This document shows positions 11,090-20,866 of a stretch of 64,000 nucleotides of DNA, one piece after another. A program made the translations under genes and the position numbers. Origin of the DNA: Sedimentisphaerales bacterium (GTDB lineage Bacteria; Planctomycetota; Phycisphaerae; Sedimentisphaerales; SM23-30); the NCBI GenBank assembly GCA_963663805.2, contig CAXXMR010000013.1:32001-96000 (forward strand). Reading direction: 5' to 3'. The notes beneath the pieces were generated by a model. That model made no database searches and had not been told where the DNA came from. It saw only the letters and a program-made list of their open reading frames with translations. The first letter of the stretch is position 1. Each line of letters starts with the position of its first letter.

Positions 11090-11164
11090 TCGGGGTGACA
11101 GGATTCGAACCTGCGGCCTCCTGCTCCCAAAGCAGGCGCTCTAGCCAAGCTGAGCTACACCCCG
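11090..11164 (-). tRNA. tRNA-Pro (TGG)
   Basis: Reverse complement CGGGGTGTAGCTCAGCTTGGCTAGAGCGCCTGCTTTGGGAGCAGGAGGCCGCAGGTTCGAATCCTGTCACCCCGA folds as a cloverleaf with anticodon TGG. Confidence 0.97.
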
Positions 11165-11450
11165 TGGGGTAAGTTGGATAGTCTAGTGAGGCAGAGTGGT
11201 GGTGTCAAGTTTGTAATAGTAATGTAGTAATAAGTGGGGGCGGAGGGTTTGTTTTTGTAACATCTTTATAGTTAGTAGTTTATGTGAAACCAGGGGGCTT
11301 GGGGTGGTGATTTTTTATCTTAAATTACGGGGTGATTGTAACAATTGTTTGAGGGTACTCGTATAAGTGGGTGAGCCGCGGTGGTTTTTCTGCGATAAAA
11401 CTGGTAAAAATGTTACAATCTCTTATGGATGTTGGAAAGGACTTAAAACG

Positions 11451-12416
11451 ATGAAAAAGGTTATTCTATTATTGGTTCTGGTGTTGGGCTTGGTCAATGG
11501 GGTTGGGGCTGCTCCTTTGAATCTGGCTCAGGTTCCGGTTGAGGCGAAATGGCTGGCCCATGTTGATTTTGAGGCGTTGGGCGGTACGGATTTATGGTGG
11601 CTTGTCAGTCAGGAAATCCCTGAGCAGGCTCAGCAGAAGATAGATGATATTGCTGAAATTACCGGCTGTGACCCGACCGAGGATATTTATGGTCTGACTC
11701 TTTTGGGCCCCGACGCTAAAGAAGAAAACGTGGTAGCGTTGTTTTACGGCAAGTACGACCAGGGCAAACTTGAATCTTTGCTGAAAGGTAATGCCGCGTA
11801 TTCAGAAAGCGTGTATAAGGGCAAAACCATATATCACTGGGTTGAGAAGGTGCGCGGGCGCAATCAGTGCGGAATTTTCGCGGCTGACAGTATGATTGTT
11901 GTTTCTCAGAGTGAGGCGGCGGTTCAGCAGATGATAGATTTGCTTGAGGGAGAGGGCAAATCGCTGGCTGAGGGTGAGGGCCCGCTGACCGGACTGGTTG
12001 AGGCACCTGAAGGCGTGGTGTTTGTGGCATCGGCTCAGAGTCTCAATGAACTGGTGGCGAATAAGCCGCGGGCAGCGCTGGCGAAAAAACTGGAGACTTT
12101 CACGCTCAAGATAGGTGAATATGACGGCTGCTATCTGGATGTGCAGATGGATATGGTTGCCGGCAATGACGCGGATGCCGAGCGAATCGCCAAGAGCCTG
12201 ATGGGTCTCAGGGCGTTCATTGAATTGAAACATGGCGATTCGTCGGAAGTGTCTGAGATGTTTGACGCAACGAGTATGAAATGGGACAAGAACAATATCA
12301 GCGTGCATTTTCGGTATCCTTCGGTGGAGCTGTTCGAAATGGCCAAGGCTCATATTATGAAAAAGCGTCTTATCCAAAAAGGTCTTACGGAACTGAACAA
12401 GCTCAAGTCAAACTGA
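11451..12416 (+). CDS. Exported hypothetical protein, first gene of an ECF sigma operon
   Basis: GGAAAGGA RBS, MKKVILLLVLVLGLVNGVGA signal peptide. Confidence 0.75.
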   Translation: MKKVILLLVLVLGLVNGVGAAPLNLAQVPVEAKWLAHVDFEALGGTDLWWLVSQEIPEQAQQKIDDIAEITGCDPTEDIYGLTLLGPDAKEENVVALFYGKYDQGKLESLLKGNAAYSESVYKGKTIYHWVEKVRGRNQCGIFAADSMIVVSQSEAAVQQMIDLLEGEGKSLAEGEGPLTGLVEAPEGVVFVASAQSLNELVANKPRAALAKKLETFTLKIGEYDGCYLDVQMDMVAGNDADAERIAKSLMGLRAFIELKHGDSSEVSEMFDATSMKWDKNNISVHFRYPSVELFEMAKAHIMKKRLIQKGLTELNKLKSN

Positions 12417-12432
12417 GCATCAAGCGGTAGAT

Positions 12433-13029
12433 ATGGCGAATATGCCTGAGAGTTATATATCCAAAGCTGACGAAGAACTGGCCCGTTTAGCCGCTGAGGG
12501 TGAACGGGCCGGCTTTACGGAGGTGGTGCGTCGCTATTCTCGTCCGTTGTTGCTGTTTGCCTGGGGGCGGATGGGCAGTTATGACCAGGCTGAGGATATT
12601 GTGCAGGAGACGTTTATGCGGGCTTACGCTGCCATCGCTTCGTTTGACAGCGGGTACTCGCTGAAGAACTGGCTGTTCACTATCGCTTATCGCCAGATTG
12701 TTTCGGCGTATCGCAAGAAAAAGCCGGATAGTTTGTCGGAGCAGGCGGTGGGTAAATTGTCGGCCCCTATTAAAGATGACAGCGAGTGGCTATGGGAAGT
12801 GGTCGGTCTGTTAGGGCCTGAAACGCATAGCGTTCTATGGCTGCGTTATAAAGAAGGAATGACAACGGCGGAGATCGCCGGGGTGATGAAGAAGACGCGT
12901 GTTTCGGTGCGTGTTCTGCTGCATCGCAGTCGTAAGCGGCTGGAGCGTGAGTTGGTGAATCGCCCGGAAATTACAGATTATAGTCACTTGTTTCGGAATA
13001 ATGTCAAGTTGGCTGAAAGGGTTGAATGA
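12433..13029 (+). CDS. ECF-family RNA polymerase sigma-70 factor
   Basis: AEDIVQETFMRAY, NWLFTIA region 2; LRYKEGMTTAEIAGVM..VRVLLHRSRKRL region 4. Confidence 0.93.
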   Translation: MANMPESYISKADEELARLAAEGERAGFTEVVRRYSRPLLLFAWGRMGSYDQAEDIVQETFMRAYAAIASFDSGYSLKNWLFTIAYRQIVSAYRKKKPDSLSEQAVGKLSAPIKDDSEWLWEVVGLLGPETHSVLWLRYKEGMTTAEIAGVMKKTRVSVRVLLHRSRKRLERELVNRPEITDYSHLFRNNVKLAERVE

Positions 13030-13595
13030 TGTTTTGTTTTATTTATCGTCGTCGAATAGAGGCTGAACTGGATGACCGGGGGCGGTTGGATAGTCTTTCC
13101 TTATTGCGACATGTGGCGCATTGTGAGTCGTGTCGGGGCTGGGCTGGAACGTTGGCCGAAATTGAGCATGAACTTGCTGGCGCGATTGGTGTTGACTCGG
13201 CACTTGAGCGCAGTGAAGCACGCATTCTGCAAAGATGGGCGCAGGCTGATAATAATCTTAATATTTCAGATTATCGCGCTAAGGTCGCCAAGTCGGATTT
13301 TCACCGCTGGATAAGCAGGGTTGCGGCCCTGGTTCTGTTGGGATTTGTTTTGAGCGGCATATATCTGGTTAGCGACCGTGAAAAAGAACCCAGAGTTGTG
13401 GTGGAGGATACCGTGGCGGAGTTTTCCGGGATGATGAAGGGTCAGGTTGAGCTGGCGGCTCTCTGGCCGGACGTTGCTTTGGAAGCGGAGATACAAAATG
13501 TGAAAGATGAAATCAGCGGCGTGGTTGGTTTTCTTCAGGATGCTGTGCCGGAGAAACTCTGGGCTTCTAATGTGACTGCCGAGAAACGGCGCTAG
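13026..13595 (+). CDS. Membrane anti-sigma factor with zinc-binding ZAS motif
   Basis: HVAHCESC (HxxxCxxC), one TM helix, overlaps the sigma stop codon. Confidence 0.8.
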   Translation: MMFCFIYRRRIEAELDDRGRLDSLSLLRHVAHCESCRGWAGTLAEIEHELAGAIGVDSALERSEARILQRWAQADNNLNISDYRAKVAKSDFHRWISRVAALVLLGFVLSGIYLVSDREKEPRVVVEDTVAEFSGMMKGQVELAALWPDVALEAEIQNVKDEISGVVGFLQDAVPEKLWASNVTAEKRR

Positions 13596-13598
13596 TCT

Positions 13599-14021
13599 TC
13601 AGGGATAGGTTTGCCCCCGCTGAGTTTTCAGTTGTGAATGTTGTTTTTTACGGTCGAGTCGTTTTTGGATTGAGGTTCGGGTGGGTTTGGTGGGGCGGCG
13701 TTTTTTGGGCGGGATAAGGGCTTGATTTATCAGGTGCCGCAGCCTACATAGTACGTCCTGAAGGTTTCGGGCCTGATGCCTATGGCGGTCTGATTCCATC
13801 TGGATGGAGCCGGATTTGGTATAGCGTTTACCAGCCAGAACTTTCAGGCGATGTCGAACCGGGGCGGCAAGAATTTCACAGCGGTCCAGGTCGAAAGTGA
13901 GCTGAGCCCGCGTGTTGACTTTGTTGACATTTTGTCCGCCGGGCCCGCTGGAGCGGATATAAGTGACCCGGATGAATTCTTCGGGGATGGTTATTTTGTC
14001 GTTAATATGAAGTTCGGGCAT
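13599..14021 (-). CDS. arfB: Alternative ribosome rescue peptidyl-tRNA hydrolase
   Basis: RSSGPGGQNVNKV motif and basic tail PKKRRPTKPTR..RL..KK. Confidence 0.95.
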   Translation of the reverse strand: MPELHINDKITIPEEFIRVTYIRSSGPGGQNVNKVNTRAQLTFDLDRCEILAAPVRHRLKVLAGKRYTKSGSIQMESDRHRHQARNLQDVLCRLRHLINQALIPPKKRRPTKPTRTSIQKRLDRKKQHSQLKTQRGQTYP

Positions 14022-14030
14022 GGCATTTTT

Positions 14031-15476
14031 TTATGGTTCGGCGTCAACAGCGGGAATATCCACCAGGGGCGGCGGGGCGATTTCCGGTTCGATTACACGC
14101 ATGGTAGTCCATTTTCCTTTCAGGAAGCGCAGCAGAAAAACCACCGCCAGCAGGCAGACATAAAACGTTATCGCGGTCCAGCTCAGGTACAAACCGTTGC
14201 CCGGTCCCCATCCGTATGTGACGGCCAGCCAGGTGGGCAGGACCATTGTTACCCACGCCAGAGTTACGCCCAGGTACATCACAAAGCGAGTGTCGCCGGC
14301 CCCGCGCAGGGTGGCGGAGAAAGTGATATTGCCGACATCAAAAAGGCAATATACTGCGATAAAGGCCATCAGATTAACCACAATTGGTCGGATGGCAGTT
14401 AAATCCTGAGAACCCTTAAACGGAATCAGGAAAAGGTCCGGCGTGAACCAGTAGCCCAGGGAGATGATTGTCATATACACAAACGACATTTCGGTGGCGG
14501 ACCAGGTGACCTTTTTGGCAAGCGTAGGATTGTTATCGCCCAGGGCCTGACCGACCAGAATGCTCACGGCCATGCCGAAACCTATCATGGGCATAAAGGC
14601 GAGCATATTGATTCTCATGCCGATAGAGCAGGCGGTCATGACTTCGGGGCTGATTCTGCCGACAAAGGTCATGAAGAAATTGAAGGCCATGATATCGAGC
14701 ATGAAGTGCAGCCCGTTTGGCCCGCCGAAACGAATCAGGCGTTTCATCAGGTTCAGGTTCAGCCGCCAGCCGCTCAGTGAGTTAAATTCGCTGCGGAAGC
14801 GTCGAGGCAGCAGGAACAGGCCCAGGAACACCAGGCAGCAGCAGGTATTGGCGATAACGGTGGCCCAGGCAGCCCCTTTGATGCCCCATTCGGGGAAGCC
14901 CCAGTTGCCGAAAATCAAAGCATAGTCCAGGGTGATGTTAATCAGGTTTCCGCCGACGTGTACGGCCATGACGGTCCAGGTTTTGCTCCGTCCATTAAAA
15001 AAGCTGGACGCCGCGACCGCTGTCAGGATGGGCAAGGTACCGAATGTCATAATGCGAAAATAAGTTATTTCGTGTTGGCGGATATTGGCGTTATGCCCGG
15101 CCCAGTTGAAAATTTCTGGGGCCAGGGGAATCAGGCAGAGCAGCAGCAGCCAGGATGCCGTCGCCAGATAGAACCCCTGCCAGATGGAAGGTCCGACTTG
15201 TCGCGGGCGTTTGGCGCCAGTGTACTGAGCGACGAAAGTGGAAATGTATCCGATAATGCCGAAGAACAGGCATGACGAAGCGAAACTGGTCAGGCCCGCC
15301 AGTGACGAGGCGGCCATTTCGTCCTGCGAGGAGTGCATCAGGAATATACTGTCGATGAACATCTGGATGGTGTGCATGCCCGTAGAAAGAATCAGCGGGA
15401 AAGCGACTTTGAGTACCGCACGATAGCCGCCGGGCTGGTCCCAGCGATTAGAAATAAATTCGTTGATGCCGGGCAT
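14031..15476 (-). CDS. MATE family efflux transporter
   Basis: About 12 TM helices; NITLDYALIFGNWGFPEWGIKGAAWAT and LRGAGDT motifs. Confidence 0.93.
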   Translation of the reverse strand: MPGINEFISNRWDQPGGYRAVLKVAFPLILSTGMHTIQMFIDSIFLMHSSQDEMAASSLAGLTSFASSCLFFGIIGYISTFVAQYTGAKRPRQVGPSIWQGFYLATASWLLLLCLIPLAPEIFNWAGHNANIRQHEITYFRIMTFGTLPILTAVAASSFFNGRSKTWTVMAVHVGGNLINITLDYALIFGNWGFPEWGIKGAAWATVIANTCCCLVFLGLFLLPRRFRSEFNSLSGWRLNLNLMKRLIRFGGPNGLHFMLDIMAFNFFMTFVGRISPEVMTACSIGMRINMLAFMPMIGFGMAVSILVGQALGDNNPTLAKKVTWSATEMSFVYMTIISLGYWFTPDLFLIPFKGSQDLTAIRPIVVNLMAFIAVYCLFDVGNITFSATLRGAGDTRFVMYLGVTLAWVTMVLPTWLAVTYGWGPGNGLYLSWTAITFYVCLLAVVFLLRFLKGKWTTMRVIEPEIAPPPLVDIPAVDAEP

Positions 15477-15478
15477 AG

Positions 15479-16129
15479 TTAAACCGTGAAGTTTTCGATA
15501 AGAACTGCCCGGGCCGGTGCCCCGTCGCTGCCGGCGATTTTGAGTGAGCCGCAAGCCAGGAAATATTCACCCGGCTTGATGTCGGCCAGCATAATGCCTT
15601 CGATAATCAGGATGTTATGGCCCAGCAGGGCATGGTGGGCGGCCTTTTCCGGGATACCTGATTTATCCACCGTCAGGTAATCTATGCCCAGCGTAACAAT
15701 GCCGTTATCGACGCAAAACTGAGCGCCGCAGCCGGTGAGATATACAAAATCTTTATGGAAAGGACCGTCGGGGTGATCTTTGAGGTCTTGGGAGTTGTTG
15801 GTTTTAAGCAGCAGCCGTTTGGTGCCGGCGGGTACTTTGCCTTCCAGCTCCGCTGCTCCAACTGCCGGCACACCCCGGCAATCCACCACATACGCCAGCC
15901 CGTAAAGCTGGTCCAGACCGATAGATTCCGTGCCGTAGCGTCCGTTCACGAAATGCAGAGGCGCATCGACATGAGTGCCCACGTGCGCCGATGTTTCAAA
16001 CGCCGAAGTGTTCGAGGAGTCACCCTGGTCCATATCCCGCTGACGATACCGCTTGAACGGTACATCTTTCGGATAGGTCAACATGCCGTTTTTCAGGGTC
16101 ATGGAAATGTCGTGGATTTTTATGCTCAT
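15479..16129 (-). CDS. Cyclase family metal-dependent hydrolase (kynurenine formamidase-like)
   Basis: HVGTHVDAPLHF, LGIDYL, GSDGAPARAV motifs. Confidence 0.92.
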   Translation of the reverse strand: MSIKIHDISMTLKNGMLTYPKDVPFKRYRQRDMDQGDSSNTSAFETSAHVGTHVDAPLHFVNGRYGTESIGLDQLYGLAYVVDCRGVPAVGAAELEGKVPAGTKRLLLKTNNSQDLKDHPDGPFHKDFVYLTGCGAQFCVDNGIVTLGIDYLTVDKSGIPEKAAHHALLGHNILIIEGIMLADIKPGEYFLACGSLKIAGSDGAPARAVLIENFTV

Positions 16130-16270
16130 AGCGGGCTATTTTAGCTTGAGAGCGGCTGCTTGCAAGTTTCAAGTGAAAAAAACTTTAAGAGATTAACCCT
16201 TGACAGCGTTTATCGGGTCTTTTAAGGTGCCCGCAGATTGAATTATCATGTTGTACTAAGGAAGTGAATT

Positions 16271-17507
16271 ATGGATTTTCCTGCTGCTCAGCCACGTCAT
16301 AAACGCTTTGAAAGCCTCGGTTACGGTTTGTTTATCCATTGGGGCCTATATTCTCAGTTGGGTCAGGGTGAGTGGATTATGAGTCGCCGGGCCCTTGACA
16401 AGGCTGAGTATGCCGGGCTGAAGGATACTTTTGCCGCGGCGGATTTCGATGCCCGCGAGATTGCCCGCTTCGCTCGTCAGGCCGGCATGAAATATGTTTG
16501 CATCACAACCCGCCATCACGAGGGTTTCAGTCTTTATGACACCCGCGGGCTGAGTGATTATGACGCACCGCACAGTCCCGCCGGCCGTGATTTGGTGGCG
16601 GAATTCGTCGAAGCCTGCCGGGTTGAGGGTCTGATACCGTTTTTCTACCATACAACCCTGGACTGGTATCAAGAAAGTTTCAACGAGGATTTCGATGCCT
16701 ATTTGGAATATCTCCGCAATTCGGTTGAGGTTCTTTGCCGCAATTATGGCGAAATCGGCGGATTTTGGTTTGACGGCAACTGGTCCAAACCCGAAGCTGA
16801 CTGGAAAGAAGATGACCTTTACGGCACTATTCGCAAATATCAGCCCGAAGCTATGATTATCAACAATACCGGCCTGGGCCATCAGGGGCGGACCGGCCAC
16901 CCTGAGCTGGACAGTGTCACGTTTGAGCAGGGGCGGCCTAAACCGCTGAACCGGGCGGGGGATGAGCAAGTATGTTTGTGCCGAGATGTGTCAGACGATG
17001 AATGACCATTGGGGAATTGGGGATAGGGATTTTAATTATAAATCGCCAGCCGAGATTATCACAAATCTTTGTGCCTGCCGAAAGGTCGGGGCGAATTATC
17101 TGCTCAATGTAGGGCCAACAGCTGGCGGGGCTATCCCTGATTATGAGAGGGCAGCCTTGCTGCGGGTGGGGCAGTGGGTTGAGCAGAACTCTGAGGCGAT
17201 TTATAAGGGACGGCCCTGTTCGCTCAAGGGGCAGGGGAATGATTTTGCTTTGCAGTGCGGCGCTAAGATTTATTTGTTTATTCACGACCTTTCGATTGCC
17301 GGCAATACTCATGTTACAGTTGCCGGAGGCGGGATAGGACCACGCAGTTTTACCGGTCTGGAACGAGAGATTCAATCCGCCCGCTGGATAGATAACGGTG
17401 AACAAATCGCTTTTGTGGAAGATGTCAACGAAGGCCTTCTCACTATCAATGCCACCGGTTATCCCTACGGGACCAGTATGGTGGTGCGGGTGGCGGAGCT
17501 GGCCTGA
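16271..17507 (+). CDS. Alpha-L-fucosidase (GH29), one frameshift near 16960
   Basis: GLFIHWGLYS, TTRHHEGF, FWFDGNW, NYLLNVGP motifs; no signal peptide. Confidence 0.9.
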
Positions 17508-17515
17508 CAAACATA

Positions 17516-18268
17516 TCAGCTTTGAGCCAGACGTTTAGCCTCTAATATCGCCGCGAAGGATTCAGCGGCCGTTTCGGTTCGCAGGATATTTCTGCCCAGC
17601 CGTACCGGTTTTGCACCATGTTGAATCAGCAATTGTTCTTCTTGCTCGGTAAAGCCCGCTTCGGGGCCGATGAAGGCCGCGATATTAGCCTGGGGGTTAA
17701 ATTTTAGTTCCGCTAACGGCTCTGCCTCGTTTCCTAGAGAACCCGTCAGAAGCATTGTTTCGCCGGGCCGGGTGGTAATTTCAGCGATAACATTTTCTAA
17801 ATCCGCGGGAAAGTCGATTTGGGGCAGAAACAGTCGATGGCATTGTTTTGCCGCCGCGACGGCTAGATTTTCGTACCGTTCGACGATCTTGGGGTTGCCC
17901 GGCTGTTTGACGGTATGATGGCAGATTAATGGGCAGATTCGGTCCACGCCCAGCTCGGTGCATTTGCTAATCAGCCAGTCAAATCGCTCACCTTTAGCAA
18001 CGCTGGAAGCGATGATTATTTGGCCCTGTTCGGGGTATTTCTCGCGATTAATTTCCTTGATTTTGACGCTCACCCGGCGGGAGTCGGCCGAGATGATCTC
18101 GGCGTCTGCCAGTCCGCCGACGCCGTCAAAAACCTCCACTATTGTGCCGGGCTTTAGCCTTCTTACCCCGCTAAGGTGATGTGCTTCTGGTCCGGTAATA
18201 TCCAGTTGGCCGGTTTTTATCGGACGGCAGTAGAATCGTATTTGCCTGGATTTGCTTTCGTGCGGCAT
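17516..18268 (-). CDS. rsmE: 16S rRNA m3U1498 methyltransferase
   Basis: AHHL..VRRL, KCTELGV, AAKQC, FIGPEAGF, LGRNILRTETA motifs. Confidence 0.95.
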   Translation of the reverse strand: MPHESKSRQIRFYCRPIKTGQLDITGPEAHHLSGVRRLKPGTIVEVFDGVGGLADAEIISADSRRVSVKIKEINREKYPEQGQIIIASSVAKGERFDWLISKCTELGVDRICPLICHHTVKQPGNPKIVERYENLAVAAAKQCHRLFLPQIDFPADLENVIAEITTRPGETMLLTGSLGNEAEPLAELKFNPQANIAAFIGPEAGFTEQEEQLLIQHGAKPVRLGRNILRTETAAESFAAILEAKRLAQS

Positions 18269-18401
18269 TTTATTGCCCCTTATGGCTGTTTGTCTCTTAC
18301 ATTTAACTGGTTAGTGGCTTTGTACATGTTTTCTGACGATTAACTTAATACATCCGCGTAGGTGGAGCAATATTATTTGGGATTTTGACGGAAATCTGAA
18401 A

Positions 18402-19871
18402 ATGGCAGATGAGAAAAATAAAAAAGACGGTCCGGTTGGCAATGTTAGTGACCAGTCCAGCATAGATGACCTTTTGGCGGCTGTTGAGCAGTCTCTGGAT
18501 GATGTCGGCAGTGCTCTAGGCGCGGAGGAGGAATCTCAGGCCCAGACCGCTGTCGCTGAGGCCGAAGATTCTCAGGGTGAGGTTGACCTGGTCGCTCAAG
18601 CCATGGCCGAGCTGGAACAGGGGATTGATACCCTGAATAATGAAGTCGCTGAAGATACCGTCAAGAAGTCTGCTCCAGCCGAGCCGATAATCAAGAAAAA
18701 ATCTGATTTTAAGGGCAGTGTCGATTCTCAGGAGGATGTGGACGATGTTCTGGCAAGAATAGCCAGTGAACTGGATATTCTGGACGATGAGCCCGAAGCC
18801 ACGGTCGTTGAGCCGGAGCCGAAAGAGGAACTGCCCGAAGAGTTCAAGGGCGGGGTTGATAGCCAGGATGATATTGATGCTCTATTGAACTCCGTAAATG
18901 CTCAGATGCAGGAAGAAGCTGCTGAAAAAGAGGAAGCCCCGGCGGAGGCAACTGCTGAGGTTGCTGAACCAGAATCAGCCGCATCGACCGTCGATGCTCA
19001 GGTTGATGACCTGCTGGCATCGCTGGAGTCTGAGTTGATTGAAGACGAAGCACCTGCCCAAGCCGTTCAGGAAACAGAAACAGCCGAACCTGCTACCGAA
19101 AATCCTGATGATATTCTGGCGTCATTGGAAGCGGAATTGTCTGAGGATGAAGCTCCTTCCGCCGAAGCTGTTCAGGAAACAGAGGCCGCCGAACCAGTTG
19201 CGGAGAGCCCCGATGATATTCTGGCGTCATTGGAAGCGGAAATGCAGGATAAAGAACCCGCCGCAGCGGCTGAAGTTGAAACCGCTCCCGCGCCAGCTGA
19301 GTCTACCGCTGAAGATATTGACGCGATGTTGGCTGAGAGTGCCGATGAAATCGCCGAAGCTGGCGACCTCGAGGCTGAACATGCTGAGCCGTTGGATGCT
19401 CTTACTCAGGATGAGGAAGAAGCAGCACCTTCAGCCGAGGACGTCGATGAAATGCTTGCTATGGAAGAACCCGAAACAATCGAAAACGTAGATGAAGCCG
19501 AAGTTTCTTCCTTAGATGCTGAATCCACGCTTGAAGATATTGATGCCGAAACCGACCAGGCCGTCGAGCAGGAGCTTGACGCGGCGGTTTCGGGAACTTC
19601 CGAGGAACCTTCCGCTCCCGAAGCTAAGCCTGCCGCACAGGTTCCTCAGCCCGGACATGACCCGGCCGAGAGTGAACAGCCCGTCGCTGCCCAACCCGGT
19701 CCTTATAGCCATTTCCCCATACCTCAGAGAATTATGGCCACCTCACTCAATGCCGTGAACAAACCTTTCAAGGCGGTGCCCGAAAAAGCCAAAGATACCG
19801 TTGGTATTTTCGCGGTGATAACCTGTATTATCTCAATGATACTCGCGGCCTTGATTCTGTTATTGAAATAA
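18402..19871 (+). CDS. Very acidic, low-complexity protein with repeated DD(L/I)L helices and a C-terminal TM anchor
   Basis: Asp/Glu/Ala/Pro-rich; repeats such as QVDDLLASLE, PDDILASLE (twice), SQDDIDALL; hydrophobic terminal helix. Confidence 0.8.
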   Translation: MADEKNKKDGPVGNVSDQSSIDDLLAAVEQSLDDVGSALGAEEESQAQTAVAEAEDSQGEVDLVAQAMAELEQGIDTLNNEVAEDTVKKSAPAEPIIKKKSDFKGSVDSQEDVDDVLARIASELDILDDEPEATVVEPEPKEELPEEFKGGVDSQDDIDALLNSVNAQMQEEAAEKEEAPAEATAEVAEPESAASTVDAQVDDLLASLESELIEDEAPAQAVQETETAEPATENPDDILASLEAELSEDEAPSAEAVQETEAAEPVAESPDDILASLEAEMQDKEPAAAAEVETAPAPAESTAEDIDAMLAESADEIAEAGDLEAEHAEPLDALTQDEEEAAPSAEDVDEMLAMEEPETIENVDEAEVSSLDAESTLEDIDAETDQAVEQELDAAVSGTSEEPSAPEAKPAAQVPQPGHDPAESEQPVAAQPGPYSHFPIPQRIMATSLNAVNKPFKAVPEKAKDTVGIFAVITCIISMILAALILLLK

Positions 19872-19884
19872 CAGACTGGAAAAT

Positions 19885-20586
19885 TCAGGTTTTCCGGTAT
19901 TGTTGTTTTAATAATATTCTGGCACCAGCCAATATCAGCAGTGTCAGAGATGCTGGTTCCGGTACGATACCCGACTGTAGACGGGGGGTGTATTCATAGC
20001 TGGGAGCCGATGACCCTTCCGAGGCCGCGATGGTGCATTCTGCCTCATCGGGCAATTCAATGTTGAATATAATGTACTGTCTATAATTACTTGCCGCGTC
20101 CGCAAGGTAATTAGTGACCTCAAAGTGCAGCCAGCCCGTACCGCTGATGATTCCCACTACCGCGTCGGTGGTCTCAAACTGAGTAACCGTTACTGTGCCG
20201 GTGGAGTTGGCGGCATGATATTGCAGTTCCACATTTTTGGTAGCACCCCCCGGTGGGATATAGTGACTGCAATAGATACTCAGGGTTGCGGTATAATCCG
20301 GGGCGTTCCACCAGTCCACGATTCGAAACAGCATTACCGGCACCTGCATTCGCGGGGGTTGATGGTCCCCACTGTCGTCCCGGAAGCCAATCAGATTTAT
20401 TTCGTCGGTGTCTACGGTTTTGTTGTGGGTTGTGAAATTTTCAGCGATTACACCGTCGCCGGCACCGTTAGAGTAAATGATAGTCGCTGATACTCTGGTT
20501 GGCCCAGCCCAAACACATAGGGTACACAGGGACAGAAATAGCACACAGGAAACCTCCCTCATCCTTCCGCTTTTTTGCGCATCCAT
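19885..20586 (-). CDS. PEP-CTERM sorting domain protein
   Basis: Signal peptide; C-terminal VPEPASLTLLILAG + basic tail. Confidence 0.85.
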   Translation of the reverse strand: MDAQKSGRMREVSCVLFLSLCTLCVWAGPTRVSATIIYSNGAGDGVIAENFTTHNKTVDTDEINLIGFRDDSGDHQPPRMQVPVMLFRIVDWWNAPDYTATLSIYCSHYIPPGGATKNVELQYHAANSTGTVTVTQFETTDAVVGIISGTGWLHFEVTNYLADAASNYRQYIIFNIELPDEAECTIAASEGSSAPSYEYTPRLQSGIVPEPASLTLLILAGARILLKQQYRKT

Positions 20587-20866
20587 AATCTCGCCTCTCT
20601 CAAACAGCCTCAACGGCTGTGCCCCGCAAACTATATCTCCTGTTCCCTGTACATCAGGAAACCTCTCTCCACAGTAAAACAGCTCACGCTTTTTTGACAC
20701 GCGGCAAGTGGCCCGGAAAAACAAACTGGCATAAATCGAACAGAGATAAGAAAGGAAATCTCTCTGCTTTCCCTTCTTGGTATCGACGCAAAAATTATAA
20801 CTTGTGTGCCGCAGCGTTGTCAAGTGGATTTTGGGTCTTCTGTTGATTTTCTGGGCATGCCTGAAA

